Part shown: one piece after another, positions 9,572 through 19,306 of the stretch
How the letters are laid out: each line of letters begins with the position of its first letter
Position numbering within the stretch: position 1 is the stretch's first letter
Source: an uncultured Candidatus Saccharibacteria bacterium
GTDB taxonomy: Bacteria; Patescibacteriota; Saccharimonadia; Saccharimonadales; CAYUUR01
DNA length: 64,000 nucleotides
Assembly: GCA_964448075.1 (NCBI GenBank)
Contig: CAYUUR010000002.1
Location: forward strand, 222,010 to 286,009
Direction: 5' to 3'
Position numbers and translations under genes: made by a program
Notes under the pieces: generated by a model
What the model was told of the DNA's origin: nothing
What the model saw: only the letters and a program-made list of their open reading frames with translations
Databases searched by the model: none

Positions 9572-11518
9572 ATGACAGACAAAAAAACGCCCCAAAATAC
9601 ATCTGACGAACCAATTTCCCCCGAGATTAATGAGATGATGGGTCCAACACCAGAAACGGCTATGCCACAGTCAGCAAAAGTTGACTCTGAGCCAGGTAGT
9701 GCGCCAATTATCCCTGATGACAAGTTCCCTAAGGAAGTTTTTGATTCACCAAAAAACGAACCCGTCGATCAGCCGACACATGTCATTACTGACTCCATGC
9801 CAGAACAGCCTAAGCCAGAAGATCTTGCAATTGACGAAGCGGTTAGCGATATTGTGCGCGAAGAAAGTGACACGGTACTTGCTAAAGAAGATGAAGACAT
9901 TGGCAAGGCCTTTGTTCCGGCGCCAACACCGCATGGTTTTATTGCAAAGCTAAAAAGCTTAGTTAAACGTTGGTGGTCAAACCCGAAAGCTCGCTGGGCA
10001 ACACTAGCGGGTATAGTGGTTGGGCTACTCATCATCTTTGCGGTGCCTACATCACGTTACTTTGTGTTGAACACAGTCGGCGTGCGTGCCGCTGTACAGA
10101 TGGTTGTCCTGGATGAAGGAACTCAGCAGCCGCTCAAGAATGTGCAAGTAAGTATTGACGGTAAATCAGGCGAAACAGATTCTGACGGAAAAGTTCGTGT
10201 TGCAGGCGTCAAACTTGGGAATAACAACCTGCATGTAGAAAAAGTCGCCTTTGCGCCGTATGATCGGACAGTAACGTTAGGTTGGGGGAGTAATCCACTG
10301 GGCGATATTGCTCTGAAACCAACCGGCGCACAATATACCTTCAATGTCAGTGAATTTTTATCTGAAAAACCGCTCAGTAAAGTTGAGGCAGTAAGTGGTC
10401 TGGCTAGTGCTGTGGCAAACGAACAAGGTGAGATTGTGTTAACAGTTGACGTCAAGGATGAGGAACGACTTGATGTGACATTGAACAAAGAAAATTTCCG
10501 GAGTGAAAAACGCACCATCGCAACCAAGAATAAGGAAGTGCAAAAAGTCGCCATGGTGCCTGCAAAGAAACACGTATTTATATCCAAACGTTCCGGCAAG
10601 TTTGACCTATACAAAATCGACGTTGATGGCAAGAATGAAGAATTGTTGTTGCCCGGCAGTGGTACCGAGCGTGACGACATAGTGATTGCGCCACATGCCG
10701 ATCAGTCTGTCGTTGCCCTTGTCTCGACACGAGAAAATCAACGTAATGACAATGGCTTCCTGCTCAGTAACCTGCAGACTGTTGATGTAGAAACGGGTGA
10801 AAATACTGAAGTAGCCGCCTCAGAACGTGTCCAGATTGTGGACTGGGTTGGCGACAGGCTGGTCTACGTACAGATTGACGAAGGGGTGAGCGCCAATAGT
10901 CCAAGACGTCATCGTTTGATGTCGTATGACTACAAGAAGGCTGAATCTAATGAGCTTGCAACGAGCAATTACTTTAACGATGTTATGGTTGCCAAAAACA
11001 CTGTCTACTACGCACCCTCAAGCGCTAATCAGAATGGAAAAACCTATTTCTACCGAATAAATCCTGATGGATCTAATCCGCAAACAATTCTCGACAAAGA
11101 AGTTTGGAATATCTTCCGAGTCGACTACGATAAACTCAACCTTGCGGTAGGGCAAAAATGGTATGAGTATACCCTAGGAGATGGTGCCGCCACACAACTT
11201 GACGGTGCGCCAGGTGATCCGAAGAACAAACTGTTCCGCGACGATGCAGAGAAAAAGCGTAGCCTATGGGTTGATCAGCGTGATGGTAAAGGCGTACTGC
11301 TTTCATACGACACTACGACCAAACAGGACAAGATTGTCAAAACCCAAAGCGGTCTCCGTAATCCAATAAACTGGCTGCAAAACGACTACGCAATCTACCG
11401 TATCAACACGGATCAGGAAACGGCCGACTATGTGCTGAATCTTGCTGGTGGTCAACCGCGCAAAATTCAGGACGTAACCAACACCGGTGGCATTGATCGA
11501 TGGTACTACTACCAGTAG
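9572..11518 (+). CDS. membrane-anchored protein with carboxypeptidase-regulatory-like and TolB/PD40-like beta-propeller regions
   Basis: 648 aa with an acidic N-terminus and one TM helix. VVLDEGTQQPLKNVQVSIDGKSGETDSDGKVRV resembles a CarboxypepD_reg domain. Later segments such as FISKRSGKFDLYKIDVDGKN resemble PD40 repeats. Confidence 0.6.
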   Translation: MTDKKTPQNTSDEPISPEINEMMGPTPETAMPQSAKVDSEPGSAPIIPDDKFPKEVFDSPKNEPVDQPTHVITDSMPEQPKPEDLAIDEAVSDIVREESDTVLAKEDEDIGKAFVPAPTPHGFIAKLKSLVKRWWSNPKARWATLAGIVVGLLIIFAVPTSRYFVLNTVGVRAAVQMVVLDEGTQQPLKNVQVSIDGKSGETDSDGKVRVAGVKLGNNNLHVEKVAFAPYDRTVTLGWGSNPLGDIALKPTGAQYTFNVSEFLSEKPLSKVEAVSGLASAVANEQGEIVLTVDVKDEERLDVTLNKENFRSEKRTIATKNKEVQKVAMVPAKKHVFISKRSGKFDLYKIDVDGKNEELLLPGSGTERDDIVIAPHADQSVVALVSTRENQRNDNGFLLSNLQTVDVETGENTEVAASERVQIVDWVGDRLVYVQIDEGVSANSPRRHRLMSYDYKKAESNELATSNYFNDVMVAKNTVYYAPSSANQNGKTYFYRINPDGSNPQTILDKEVWNIFRVDYDKLNLAVGQKWYEYTLGDGAATQLDGAPGDPKNKLFRDDAEKKRSLWVDQRDGKGVLLSYDTTTKQDKIVKTQSGLRNPINWLQNDYAIYRINTDQETADYVLNLAGGQPRKIQDVTNTGGIDRWYYYQ

Positions 11519-11542
11519 TGACAGATTTGCTATGATGTAGAC

Positions 11543-11815
11543 ATGCAAGAGGGTCTCAACAAAAACTGGCGTGTCATTTCTAAAGTGTCCGACGGCACAA
11601 GCCACAAGATACTTGGGCGATATTTTTCGTTTCCAGACTTCGCAGAAGGACTACAGTTTGTAATCAAGGTTGGAAGTATTGCAGAAGAACAGAAACACCA
11701 TCCGGAGATTACCTTGCGCTGGGGCGAAGTATTAGTTTTGACATGGACACATAGCGAACTTGCAATAACCGATAAGGACCTGGCGCTTGCCAAAGCAATA
11801 GATGCAATCAGCTGA
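11543..11815 (+). CDS. pterin-4-alpha-carbinolamine dehydratase (PCD/DCoH)
   Basis: 90 aa with the EEQKHHPEITLRWGEVLVLTWTHS signature of PCD. Confidence 0.8.
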   Translation: MQEGLNKNWRVISKVSDGTSHKILGRYFSFPDFAEGLQFVIKVGSIAEEQKHHPEITLRWGEVLVLTWTHSELAITDKDLALAKAIDAIS

Positions 11816-12620
11816 CCAAAAACTGTTTCTGGATGCCTTGTGGAATTACTATGCTACAGGGGCACGTGATATGCCTTGGCGGCAAGCTGAGCCAAACGGA
11901 AGTTTTGATGCATATAAAATTATGGTCTCTGAGTTTATGTTGCAACAAACACAGGTAAGTCGCGTCATTCCAAAGTACCAGCATTTTCTCGAAATCTTTC
12001 CGACAGTGAAGGATCTTACAGAGGCATCGCTTGCAGATGTGCTGCGCGTATGGAACGGACTTGGCTATAATCGCCGCGCAAAATTTATCCATGAATCTGC
12101 CAAAGCGATTGCTGAGCTGCACGGTGGTAGGGTTCCGCTTGATATCGAAAAGCTCAAGTTATTACCGGGTATTGGACACAATACGGCAGCTGCAATTGTG
12201 GCCTATGCCGACAATCAACCTGTCGTATTTATTGAGACAAACATTCGGACGGTGTATATACATCACTTTTTTCCGCAAGCAGACATTGTTGCGGATATAG
12301 AGATTTTGAGCTGCCTGAACGAGACTATCGACCATGAACACCCTCGCGAGTTCTATTGGGCGCTTATGGACTACGGAAGTCATCTTAAGGCCACGCAAGG
12401 CAATAGCGCTCGGCGAAGTCAAACATATAACAAACAAAGTAGTTTTGTAGGTTCAAAACGGCAAGTGCGTGGTCAAGTCATACGAGAGTTGCTTGAAAAA
12501 CCGCACTCAATCACCAGTCTGCAATCTGTTATTTGTGATGAACGACTCGGCAGTGTTGTTCATGATCTATGTTCAGAGGGTATCGTAGTACTAGAGAAAC
12601 AACAATATCGTTTAGCATGA
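11802..12620 (+). CDS. MutY-like HhH-GPD adenine DNA glycosylase, no Fe-S loop and no NUDIX-like C-terminal domain
   Basis: 272 aa with PWR..DAYKIMVSEFMLQQTQVSRV..WNGLGYNRRAKF, LPGIGHNTAAAIVAYA (HhH) and WALMDYG. There is no C-x6-C-x2-C-x5-C cluster. Confidence 0.7.
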   Translation: MQSADQKLFLDALWNYYATGARDMPWRQAEPNGSFDAYKIMVSEFMLQQTQVSRVIPKYQHFLEIFPTVKDLTEASLADVLRVWNGLGYNRRAKFIHESAKAIAELHGGRVPLDIEKLKLLPGIGHNTAAAIVAYADNQPVVFIETNIRTVYIHHFFPQADIVADIEILSCLNETIDHEHPREFYWALMDYGSHLKATQGNSARRSQTYNKQSSFVGSKRQVRGQVIRELLEKPHSITSLQSVICDERLGSVVHDLCSEGIVVLEKQQYRLA

Positions 12621-12648
12621 GCGAGTTGTGCTACAATGCTCGTATAAT

Positions 12649-13293
12649 ATGAAAAAACTTGCCACAATCTGCTTTGCATTTGCCATTGTGATGACATCAA
12701 CAGTTGGTCTGGCGCGTGCGGAAACTGCCACAGAAACGACCGTTAAAAAAACACCCGCTCAGATACTTGCTGAAAAAGAAGTGCTGATAAAAGAACGAAT
12801 CGCCGAGAAGAAACTGGCGCTTGAAGAGAAGATAACCGCAGCCCAGACTGCTCGTATTCAAAAACGATGTCAGGCTGCGCAGACAATTCTCAAAAAAGTT
12901 GAAACCCGCGTCACCGAGCGTTCAGAAAAGCACCAAACGCGTTATGATGCGCTCGTCTCTAAGTTAACCGGTATTTCAGAGCGTCTACAGGCTCAGCAAG
13001 TTGATACGACCAAGCTTGATATACAGATTGTGGTAGTGAAAGAAAAGATTGCAACCTACGACGCCGCGTCATCAGCGTACCTGTCAGCGATAGCAACGAC
13101 ACGTGACATGGACTGCCAGTCCGATCCCAGTGAGTTCAAGGCATCTTTGGAAACCTTACGCGAACAGCGTGCGGAGGTCGTAACAAGCATCAAAGACATC
13201 AGAACGTACGTCATAGAAACAGTCAAACCAACACTTCAAGGGATCGTTACGACACTCAAGCAGCAAGCTAATAAAACTGAAGGGTCAAACTAG
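12649..13293 (+). CDS. secreted coiled-coil protein, hypothetical
   Basis: Signal peptide MKKLATICFAFAIVMTSTVGLARA, then heptad-rich sequence. I chose the start at 12649 because TGCTACAAT and TATAAT boxes occupy the upstream extension given in the ORF track. Confidence 0.55.
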   Translation: MKKLATICFAFAIVMTSTVGLARAETATETTVKKTPAQILAEKEVLIKERIAEKKLALEEKITAAQTARIQKRCQAAQTILKKVETRVTERSEKHQTRYDALVSKLTGISERLQAQQVDTTKLDIQIVVVKEKIATYDAASSAYLSAIATTRDMDCQSDPSEFKASLETLREQRAEVVTSIKDIRTYVIETVKPTLQGIVTTLKQQANKTEGSN

Positions 13294-13769
13294 TGGATAA
13301 TAACAATACCTCAGAACCAGAAACGCCAGTTACGAAAACGGCACCACCTGTTATGGATATTCGTGCTCCGCGGCCAGCCGTAGCAGACGTCGAGTACCAA
13401 GTAACAGAGCATGGCACTCCTGATTCAGTAGTAGAGACAACGCCAATCGGAGACCTACCAGCGGCTGATTCTGCTCCGTCAGTACCCCCAAAAAGCAAGA
13501 AGCCATGGTTGTTGATTCTTATTACACTGGTTGTGGTCATCGCTCTAGCCATAGGTGCATGGTTTGTACTGGTCAAGTCTGCAGACAGTAATGACTCTGT
13601 TCCAACCACATCTACTGTGAGTTCGAGTCAACCGGCCGAAAAAACTACCCCAGTAGATAGCAGCGACGTCTCCGAAGTTGTCAGTGAACTTGAAACAGAA
13701 GTAAAAGCGATCGATGAAACAGCAGACTATGCTGAGTCTGCCGTGAGCGACCAGTCACTTGGCCTGTAG
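13293..13769 (+). CDS. hypothetical single-pass membrane protein
   Basis: 158 aa. The GTG start overlaps the upstream stop codon. The ends are proline/acidic-rich and there is a central TM helix (WLLILITLVVVIALAIGAWFVLV). Confidence 0.45.
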   Translation: MDNNNTSEPETPVTKTAPPVMDIRAPRPAVADVEYQVTEHGTPDSVVETTPIGDLPAADSAPSVPPKSKKPWLLILITLVVVIALAIGAWFVLVKSADSNDSVPTTSTVSSSQPAEKTTPVDSSDVSEVVSELETEVKAIDETADYAESAVSDQSLGL

Positions 13770-13787
13770 TAATCTGTAAAAAAACAC

Positions 13788-14675
13788 CTATTTTTTTCTA
13801 GATGGCCCAACATGCACGTGTTGGGTCTGAATAAGGCTGATGCCTTCCTTGTCAAAATTCTTACGTAGCATGCGATAGAATTCGCCTTTGACTTCCCATT
13901 GTTCGCCGTCGACTACTTTACCGAGAACTTTGACAATCATGCCGTTTGTGACAAACCCATCAACCCTACTGAAGTTCGGCGCTTCAATGATGCTTTTGTG
14001 AAACTTTTCTTTTGCAGCAAGTTCTTGTCCTACTTGGTTGATAATTCGTTCAATCTTTGCAATATCCGTATCAGCTGGCACGATTACATTTTCGTTAATA
14101 CGACTAAAACCGCTCGTCATGTTGGTGGTTACGACTATAGATCCATTTGGTACATGATGTACATTGCCGTCAAGGTCGCGGAGAATGGTCGTACGAATGG
14201 TTATGGCCTCGACAGTACCACTCTCAGTGCCGATACGAATAACATCACCAATCCTATATTGGTTCTCCGAAATAATGAAAATACCCGTCACAAGATCCTT
14301 AATAAGGCTTTGAGCGCCGAAACCAAGTGCAATACCCACTACACCAGCGCTTGCTACCAACGGTCCCGTATCTATACCAATCTCGTTAATGATCATGATG
14401 GCCGCCACAAACCAAGTGCCAACGCGCACAACAGCACTGACGAGACCATCAAGTGTCTGGATGCGTTTTTTGCGATCACGCTCTGTTGGGTAGAGGTCTT
14501 TTCTAATAGTGCGCTGCAAAAAACGGCCGATAAGCAATGTTACAACGCGCCGCACCACGTAGGCAACCAATAAGATAATCAGAATATTGAAGGCATGGGC
14601 GCTAAACCAGGCCGAGACAGTGTCGCCAATTTCGTCTAGTTTTTTAGATATGTCTGTTGCTGCTTGTTCCCACAT
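13788..14675 (-). CDS. small-conductance mechanosensitive channel (MscS family)
   Basis: 295 aa with three N-terminal TM helices and an MscS beta-domain pattern (IGDVIRIG..GTVEAITIRTTILRDLDGNVHHVPNG). Confidence 0.8.
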   Translation of the reverse strand: MWEQAATDISKKLDEIGDTVSAWFSAHAFNILIILLVAYVVRRVVTLLIGRFLQRTIRKDLYPTERDRKKRIQTLDGLVSAVVRVGTWFVAAIMIINEIGIDTGPLVASAGVVGIALGFGAQSLIKDLVTGIFIISENQYRIGDVIRIGTESGTVEAITIRTTILRDLDGNVHHVPNGSIVVTTNMTSGFSRINENVIVPADTDIAKIERIINQVGQELAAKEKFHKSIIEAPNFSRVDGFVTNGMIVKVLGKVVDGEQWEVKGEFYRMLRKNFDKEGISLIQTQHVHVGPSRKK

Positions 14676-14696
14676 TGATGGTAGTATAGCAAGTAT

Positions 14697-15293
14697 ATGA
14701 AGGTTTTTAGCACGCTTGAGGACGACAAACTAATAACATTGATTAAATCTGGTGCTGTTGGGGTACTTCCTACTGACACGGTCTATGGTTTAGTTGCCTT
14801 AGCGGCCAGCGATGACGCTGTTAAGAAACTATATAAACTAAAGCAGCGCGACAAGAAGCCAGGCACGCTCATAGCTGCCTCAATCGATCAGTTAGTCGCC
14901 CTTGGGGTAAAAGCCCGCTACCTAAAGGCGGTTGAGCAGTATTGGCCTAACCCAATAAGTGTTATTATCCCGCTCGGCACAGTATTGCCGTACTTACACC
15001 AAGGTTTATACAGCCTCGCTATGCGGATCCCTGCAGACCCAGCAGTTCAAAAGCTCCTAAGATCAACGGGACCACTGATAACCAGTAGCGCCAATCATCC
15101 CGGTGATCAACCTGCCAACACACTGGAAGCGGCCCAGAAATTCTTTGGCGATGCGGTAGATTTCTATGTGGATGGTGGCGATATGTCGTCTCGTCAAGCT
15201 TCTACTGTCATTAGAATCGTTGATGACGCAGTAGAGGTCTTGCGAAAAGGGAGTATGATGATTGATGAAGAGACGGGGAGAATCATGGCATGA
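14697..15293 (+). CDS. tsaC: L-threonylcarbamoyladenylate synthase (TsaC/YrdC family)
   Basis: 198 aa with a YrdC-domain pattern (GVLPTDTVYGLVA..., SANHPG). Confidence 0.8.
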   Translation: MKVFSTLEDDKLITLIKSGAVGVLPTDTVYGLVALAASDDAVKKLYKLKQRDKKPGTLIAASIDQLVALGVKARYLKAVEQYWPNPISVIIPLGTVLPYLHQGLYSLAMRIPADPAVQKLLRSTGPLITSSANHPGDQPANTLEAAQKFFGDAVDFYVDGGDMSSRQASTVIRIVDDAVEVLRKGSMMIDEETGRIMA

Positions 15294-15327
15294 AAAACAT
15301 TCAAAAGTATAAATTAGGTCGAAGAAT

Positions 15328-15762
15328 ATGAGTGCTAAAAGCGCCACGCCATTTGTTGCGAGTTTTGTACTGGTCGAACGCGACGGCAAATACGCCTTCC
15401 TTCTGCGAGACAATACCCCATGGATGAATGGTTACTATGGTTTACCCTCGGGTAAGGTTGACGCCAGTGAACCCTACACAACAGCGGCGATTCGCGAAAT
15501 TAAGGAAGAGATTAATGTTGACATTAAACCGGAAGACTTAAGGTTTGTTCATATGATGCACCGGCATGATAAGACCGACTGGGTCGATGTATATTTTGTA
15601 GCCGATACTTGGTCTGGTGAACCCAAGAATGTTGAGCCGCACAAGCATAAAGAGCTCGCCTGGTTTGCACTTGATGCATTACCAGAAAATACTGTGCCGT
15701 GCGTTACATACGCACTTCAACAACTACGAGCAAACAAGCAATTTAGCGAGTATAACTGGTAG
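15328..15762 (+). CDS. NUDIX hydrolase
   Basis: 144 aa with the Nudix box GKVDASEPYTTAAIREIKEEINV. Confidence 0.85.
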   Translation: MSAKSATPFVASFVLVERDGKYAFLLRDNTPWMNGYYGLPSGKVDASEPYTTAAIREIKEEINVDIKPEDLRFVHMMHRHDKTDWVDVYFVADTWSGEPKNVEPHKHKELAWFALDALPENTVPCVTYALQQLRANKQFSEYNW

Positions 15763-15765
15763 ATC

Positions 15766-16302
15766 ATGGAACTAGAGATAATTCGTCGACAGATAGCTTT
15801 CGATCCTGCATATGTTGACCTTGAGTCGTGGGGACAACAAGAATGGAAGGATCAAAAAACAAACCACATACTGCTGCATATTGGTAAAGCAGGTCTAAAG
15901 TTTGCAGGGCGTGACCTCGCCAAAATCCAGCAGGAGGTTGTACCGGATATGGCGATGGCAACCGCACAGTTGGTGCATTTGCACGGGCTGAACCCGCATG
16001 AGATTGTTGGTAGTGAACGTCCTCCCGTGTTGTTGTCACAAATGGAAGGGAGTTTGTTGGCGGCAACCGGTTATTTGGCAAGTTACCTTGAGCCACAGGA
16101 GCACGGTGCAGTTGGTGATAAGGGAGATGTGCTTGATGCGGCCAAACAACTCTACCGGTTTACGCGCGGAATAGCTGATTTTTATGGCATAGACATAGTT
16201 GTTGCTCATCGTGAACGTCTCGCGCATTTAGCTACGGTCCGCTCGGAACGTCTCGCGCAGCCATTCGTCGAGGCTATTGCCGCCGCCGGCAGTGAGGCAT
16301 AA
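15766..16302 (+). CDS. hypothetical protein
   Basis: 178-aa ORF with no recognisable motif. Its 3' end overlaps the convergent mur-ligase gene by 75 nt. Confidence 0.45.
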   Translation: MELEIIRRQIAFDPAYVDLESWGQQEWKDQKTNHILLHIGKAGLKFAGRDLAKIQQEVVPDMAMATAQLVHLHGLNPHEIVGSERPPVLLSQMEGSLLAATGYLASYLEPQEHGAVGDKGDVLDAAKQLYRFTRGIADFYGIDIVVAHRERLAHLATVRSERLAQPFVEAIAAAGSEA

Positions 16303-17523
16303 CACGATATCACCGTTGTTCAGATGGCTAGTTATCGTTTCACTCAGTTTGTTATCTAGTTGTCGTGTCTCTGCTTTTTCTGGGTGCGCAGTAAGTTTAA
16401 TAAGGTCATCTGGGCTGAGTAGTTTGAGGCTGTTGTCTTCACGCGCCAGATAGCTCGGTACGACGTAGAGTTTGTCGACGTCATCAAACAAATGCTTCAG
16501 GTCATCTCTAATAAAGTGCTGACGTGTGTTGTGGAGGCCTTCATAGACGACGACAACCTTACCGTCAGCCATCTCTTGAGCTATTTGCAGTGCGCCGCGA
16601 ATCTTTTCTGGTGTGTGGGCGTAGTCGCTATACAATCCAGGGATAATTTGTTCAAAACGGCGTGAAACACCAGGGAAGCGGTTCATTATCTCCACCGCCA
16701 GTGCAAAGTTGGTTTCTTGGATATGTTGGAGCGCAGCGATGACTTGCCAAGCGTCCTGACGATTAACAGCTCCAGGAAGTTTCAAAGATGTTGTGGCTTC
16801 ATCGGCATCATGAATAATTGAGATGCCGTGTTCTTCCTTTATTGCTAACCGGTCAGCGTCGGCCTGCCACATGATGGTTCGGTGCGATTGATCAATATAA
16901 TCTCTAAAGGCCTGTTCATATATTTCACGAGTCGGGTAAATGTCGGCGTGATCCCAATCTATACCTGTAATCAGGCTCAAGAAGGGGTGAAAGGACAAAA
17001 AATTGCGATCATATTCGTCGCACTCATAGATAAAGTACTGACTGTCGGGTTCGTAATGTCCCATCTCTGCAAAGCTTGTTTTTGCACCAACAGAATAACT
17101 AACAGGAATGCCTAGCTCTTTGAAGAGCCAGATCATCATGGCCGTTGTCGTGGTTTTGCCGTGGGTTCCTGCGATAGCAACTAGCTTGAGATGCTTGGCT
17201 TTAATGATTTCGTTGAGTAACTCATCACGCTTTGTGCAGCGAATACCATGAGTCCTAGCAAATACTAGCTCAGGGTGGTCAGGGTTTTCGATTGCCACTG
17301 CAGACGAATAAACAACCCAGTCAATTGGCTGACGTTCGTGCGCTGCAGCGATGTCGACTTCTGTCTGGCCTAAAGTAATATCAGTTACACCGTGCTTGCG
17401 AAGATAATCGATATACTGTGAGTCTTGCTTGTCGGAGCCTGACACATCGTAACCGGCTTGTTTGGCGATGAGGGCAAGTGGCCCAATCGCTGTGCCGCCA
17501 ATACCCGAGAAGAAAATATGCAT
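16228..17523 (-). CDS. murC: Mur ligase family, MurC/Mpl-like (UDP-N-acetylmuramate--L-alanine ligase)
   Basis: 431 aa. The N-terminus FFSGIGGTAIGPLALIAKQAGYDVSGSD is MurC/Mpl-like, and the ATP site is GTHGKTTTTAM. Confidence 0.7.
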   Translation of the reverse strand: MHIFFSGIGGTAIGPLALIAKQAGYDVSGSDKQDSQYIDYLRKHGVTDITLGQTEVDIAAAHERQPIDWVVYSSAVAIENPDHPELVFARTHGIRCTKRDELLNEIIKAKHLKLVAIAGTHGKTTTTAMMIWLFKELGIPVSYSVGAKTSFAEMGHYEPDSQYFIYECDEYDRNFLSFHPFLSLITGIDWDHADIYPTREIYEQAFRDYIDQSHRTIMWQADADRLAIKEEHGISIIHDADEATTSLKLPGAVNRQDAWQVIAALQHIQETNFALAVEIMNRFPGVSRRFEQIIPGLYSDYAHTPEKIRGALQIAQEMADGKVVVVYEGLHNTRQHFIRDDLKHLFDDVDKLYVVPSYLAREDNSLKLLSPDDLIKLTAHPEKAETRQLDNKLSETITSHLNNGDIVLCLTAGGGNSLDEWLRETFRADRS

Positions 17524-17575
17524 GGCTATAGTCTAGCATTTATCGGATAGTTTTCAGGTACAATAGAAACAAGTT

Positions 17576-18184
17576 ATGGTTAATAAACGTCATCTTCATC
17601 ATGTTTGGCGCCGTTTGCAGCCAATCAGCCCTTGGTTCTTCTTGGCGGCGGCAATTGCTGCCGGCATTATTTCCGTTGGAGCTTTACGTCAAAACAATAT
17701 TACTATGCTAGAGCGACGAGAAGCGGTGTACGCAGCTGATAAGAAGAACAAAGACGTTGAATCGGCTCTACGAAACCTTCGTGAATATGTCTACGCACAT
17801 ATGAACACGGATCTTTCGGCAAACAGCAACGGCATTTACCCGCCAATTCAGCTCAAGTATCGTTATGAACGATTGGTTGCGCAAGAGAAAGCACGCGTTA
17901 CTAAGGCGAATGAGAAAATCTATACCCGCGCACAAGCCTATTGCGAAAAAAAATACCCCAAAGGGCTTTCAGGCAGTGGCCGTATACCATGCATCCAGGA
18001 GTATGTGGCTAACAGTGGCGTAAAAGAGAATGAAATACCAGAGGCTTTATATAAGTTTGACTTTGTATCGCCGCGTTGGTCGCCCGATCTTGCGGGCTGG
18101 AGTCTTGTAGCAACAGTTATCTTTACGTATCTATTCGTCATCCGCTGCCTGTCAGAATGGTGGATGCGTTCCCGGTTGTCATAA
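17576..18184 (+). CDS. hypothetical membrane protein
   Basis: 202 aa with N- and C-terminal TM helices. Confidence 0.5.
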   Translation: MVNKRHLHHVWRRLQPISPWFFLAAAIAAGIISVGALRQNNITMLERREAVYAADKKNKDVESALRNLREYVYAHMNTDLSANSNGIYPPIQLKYRYERLVAQEKARVTKANEKIYTRAQAYCEKKYPKGLSGSGRIPCIQEYVANSGVKENEIPEALYKFDFVSPRWSPDLAGWSLVATVIFTYLFVIRCLSEWWMRSRLS

Positions 18185-18191
18185 CAAAGAA

Positions 18192-18215
18192 ATACCCCTC
18201 GCGGACGAGGGGTAT
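18192..18215. terminator. bidirectional terminator between convergent genes
   Basis: ATACCCCTCG-CGGA-CGAGGGGTAT is a perfect 10-bp stem flanked by A/T runs. Confidence 0.7.
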
Positions 18216-18245
18216 TTGAATACTGCGCAGTGTTTAGGCTATACG

Positions 18246-18824
18246 TTAGTTGTTAGCCTTGTCGTTGCTGGTGTTTGTATTGGTTGTTTCTGTTTCACAC
18301 TTCTGTCCGTCAGGGTTCTGTTCCTGGTATTGCTTAACAGCTTTGGCAACTTGCCCGTCAGACTTTAGGTTCTCCCAGAATATAACTTGTTCACGGTTAA
18401 TCACCATTTGATCCTCAGGACCGTGGAGCTCACAACCAAGTTTCACAAGTGAAATATCTTGATCACTTTGCTTGCTCTCATTGCCCGGTTGAACTTGTTG
18501 GTTAACACGCAAGTAGTAGATGTTACCCATACGGATATATTCTCTATTAAGGTTGGAAATATTACCGAAGTAAACTTGACCACCATTTAAGAATACTGCC
18601 TGAAGCTTTGCTTCATCGACGTAGCGACCTTCTTTACTATCCTTTTTTCCAAAAGCTAGAAGCGCAGAAGTCGACAGTACGAGTACCGCAATCGATACCA
18701 AGAGTACTAAAGACATGATGCTGAGTGACTTAAGTGGGCGCCTTCTAGATTTTGCCGCTTTTACTTGCGTCGGGTTTTGATTTTGTGACGGATTTGGTCT
18801 GCCGCCATTGACTGAAATATCCAT
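18246..18824 (-). CDS. hypothetical membrane-anchored protein
   Basis: 192 aa with a basic N-terminus, one TM helix and an extracytoplasmic domain. Confidence 0.5.
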   Translation of the reverse strand: MDISVNGGRPNPSQNQNPTQVKAAKSRRRPLKSLSIMSLVLLVSIAVLVLSTSALLAFGKKDSKEGRYVDEAKLQAVFLNGGQVYFGNISNLNREYIRMGNIYYLRVNQQVQPGNESKQSDQDISLVKLGCELHGPEDQMVINREQVIFWENLKSDGQVAKAVKQYQEQNPDGQKCETETTNTNTSNDKANN

Positions 18825-19032
18825 ATGATATGACCACCTTTTAGTGTGTTACTTGTTACGCTCAATAGTGTACTGCAAGTACTTATGGTTATGCAAGAAT
18901 TAACAGATAGTTATTGTACTCAGTAAGAAGTTGGCACTGTTGTTGTTAAGAGAAAACAGTTGACAAGCCAAAACGCTACAGAGTATGTTAGGGGTACATT
19001 ACTAACGTGATACGAGAGGGAAAATCGTCATT

Positions 19033-19233
19033 ATGGCAGCATACAAGCACACAAATTCTAAAGGGGTAACATACTTCCTTAACAGCAAAGAAGTTACACT
19101 TCGCGGTGGAAAAGTACAGCGCATCTATTACTTCAGCAAGGACGAGCGACCAGAAGGCACTGACCTTCCTGCAGGTTACTCAGTTAACGAAAACCCACGA
19201 AACGGCTTCTTGACTATCAAAAAAGGCGCCTAA
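19033..19233 (+). CDS. small hypothetical protein (66 aa)
   Basis: The ORF is bracketed by a TTGACA(-35)/TATGTT promoter-like pair near 18960-18990 and by the terminator at 19254-19283. Confidence 0.5.
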   Translation: MAAYKHTNSKGVTYFLNSKEVTLRGGKVQRIYYFSKDERPEGTDLPAGYSVNENPRNGFLTIKKGA

Positions 19234-19253
19234 GTAGCTACCTTTTCAAGCAG

Positions 19254-19283
19254 AAAAACACTCTGTAAAAAGAGTGTTTTTTC
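19254..19283 (+). terminator. intrinsic terminator
   Basis: AAAAACACTCT-GTAAAA-AGAGTGTTTTTTC. Confidence 0.7.
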
Positions 19284-19306
19284 TTTGTCCATGAGTTGTT
19301 ATACTG

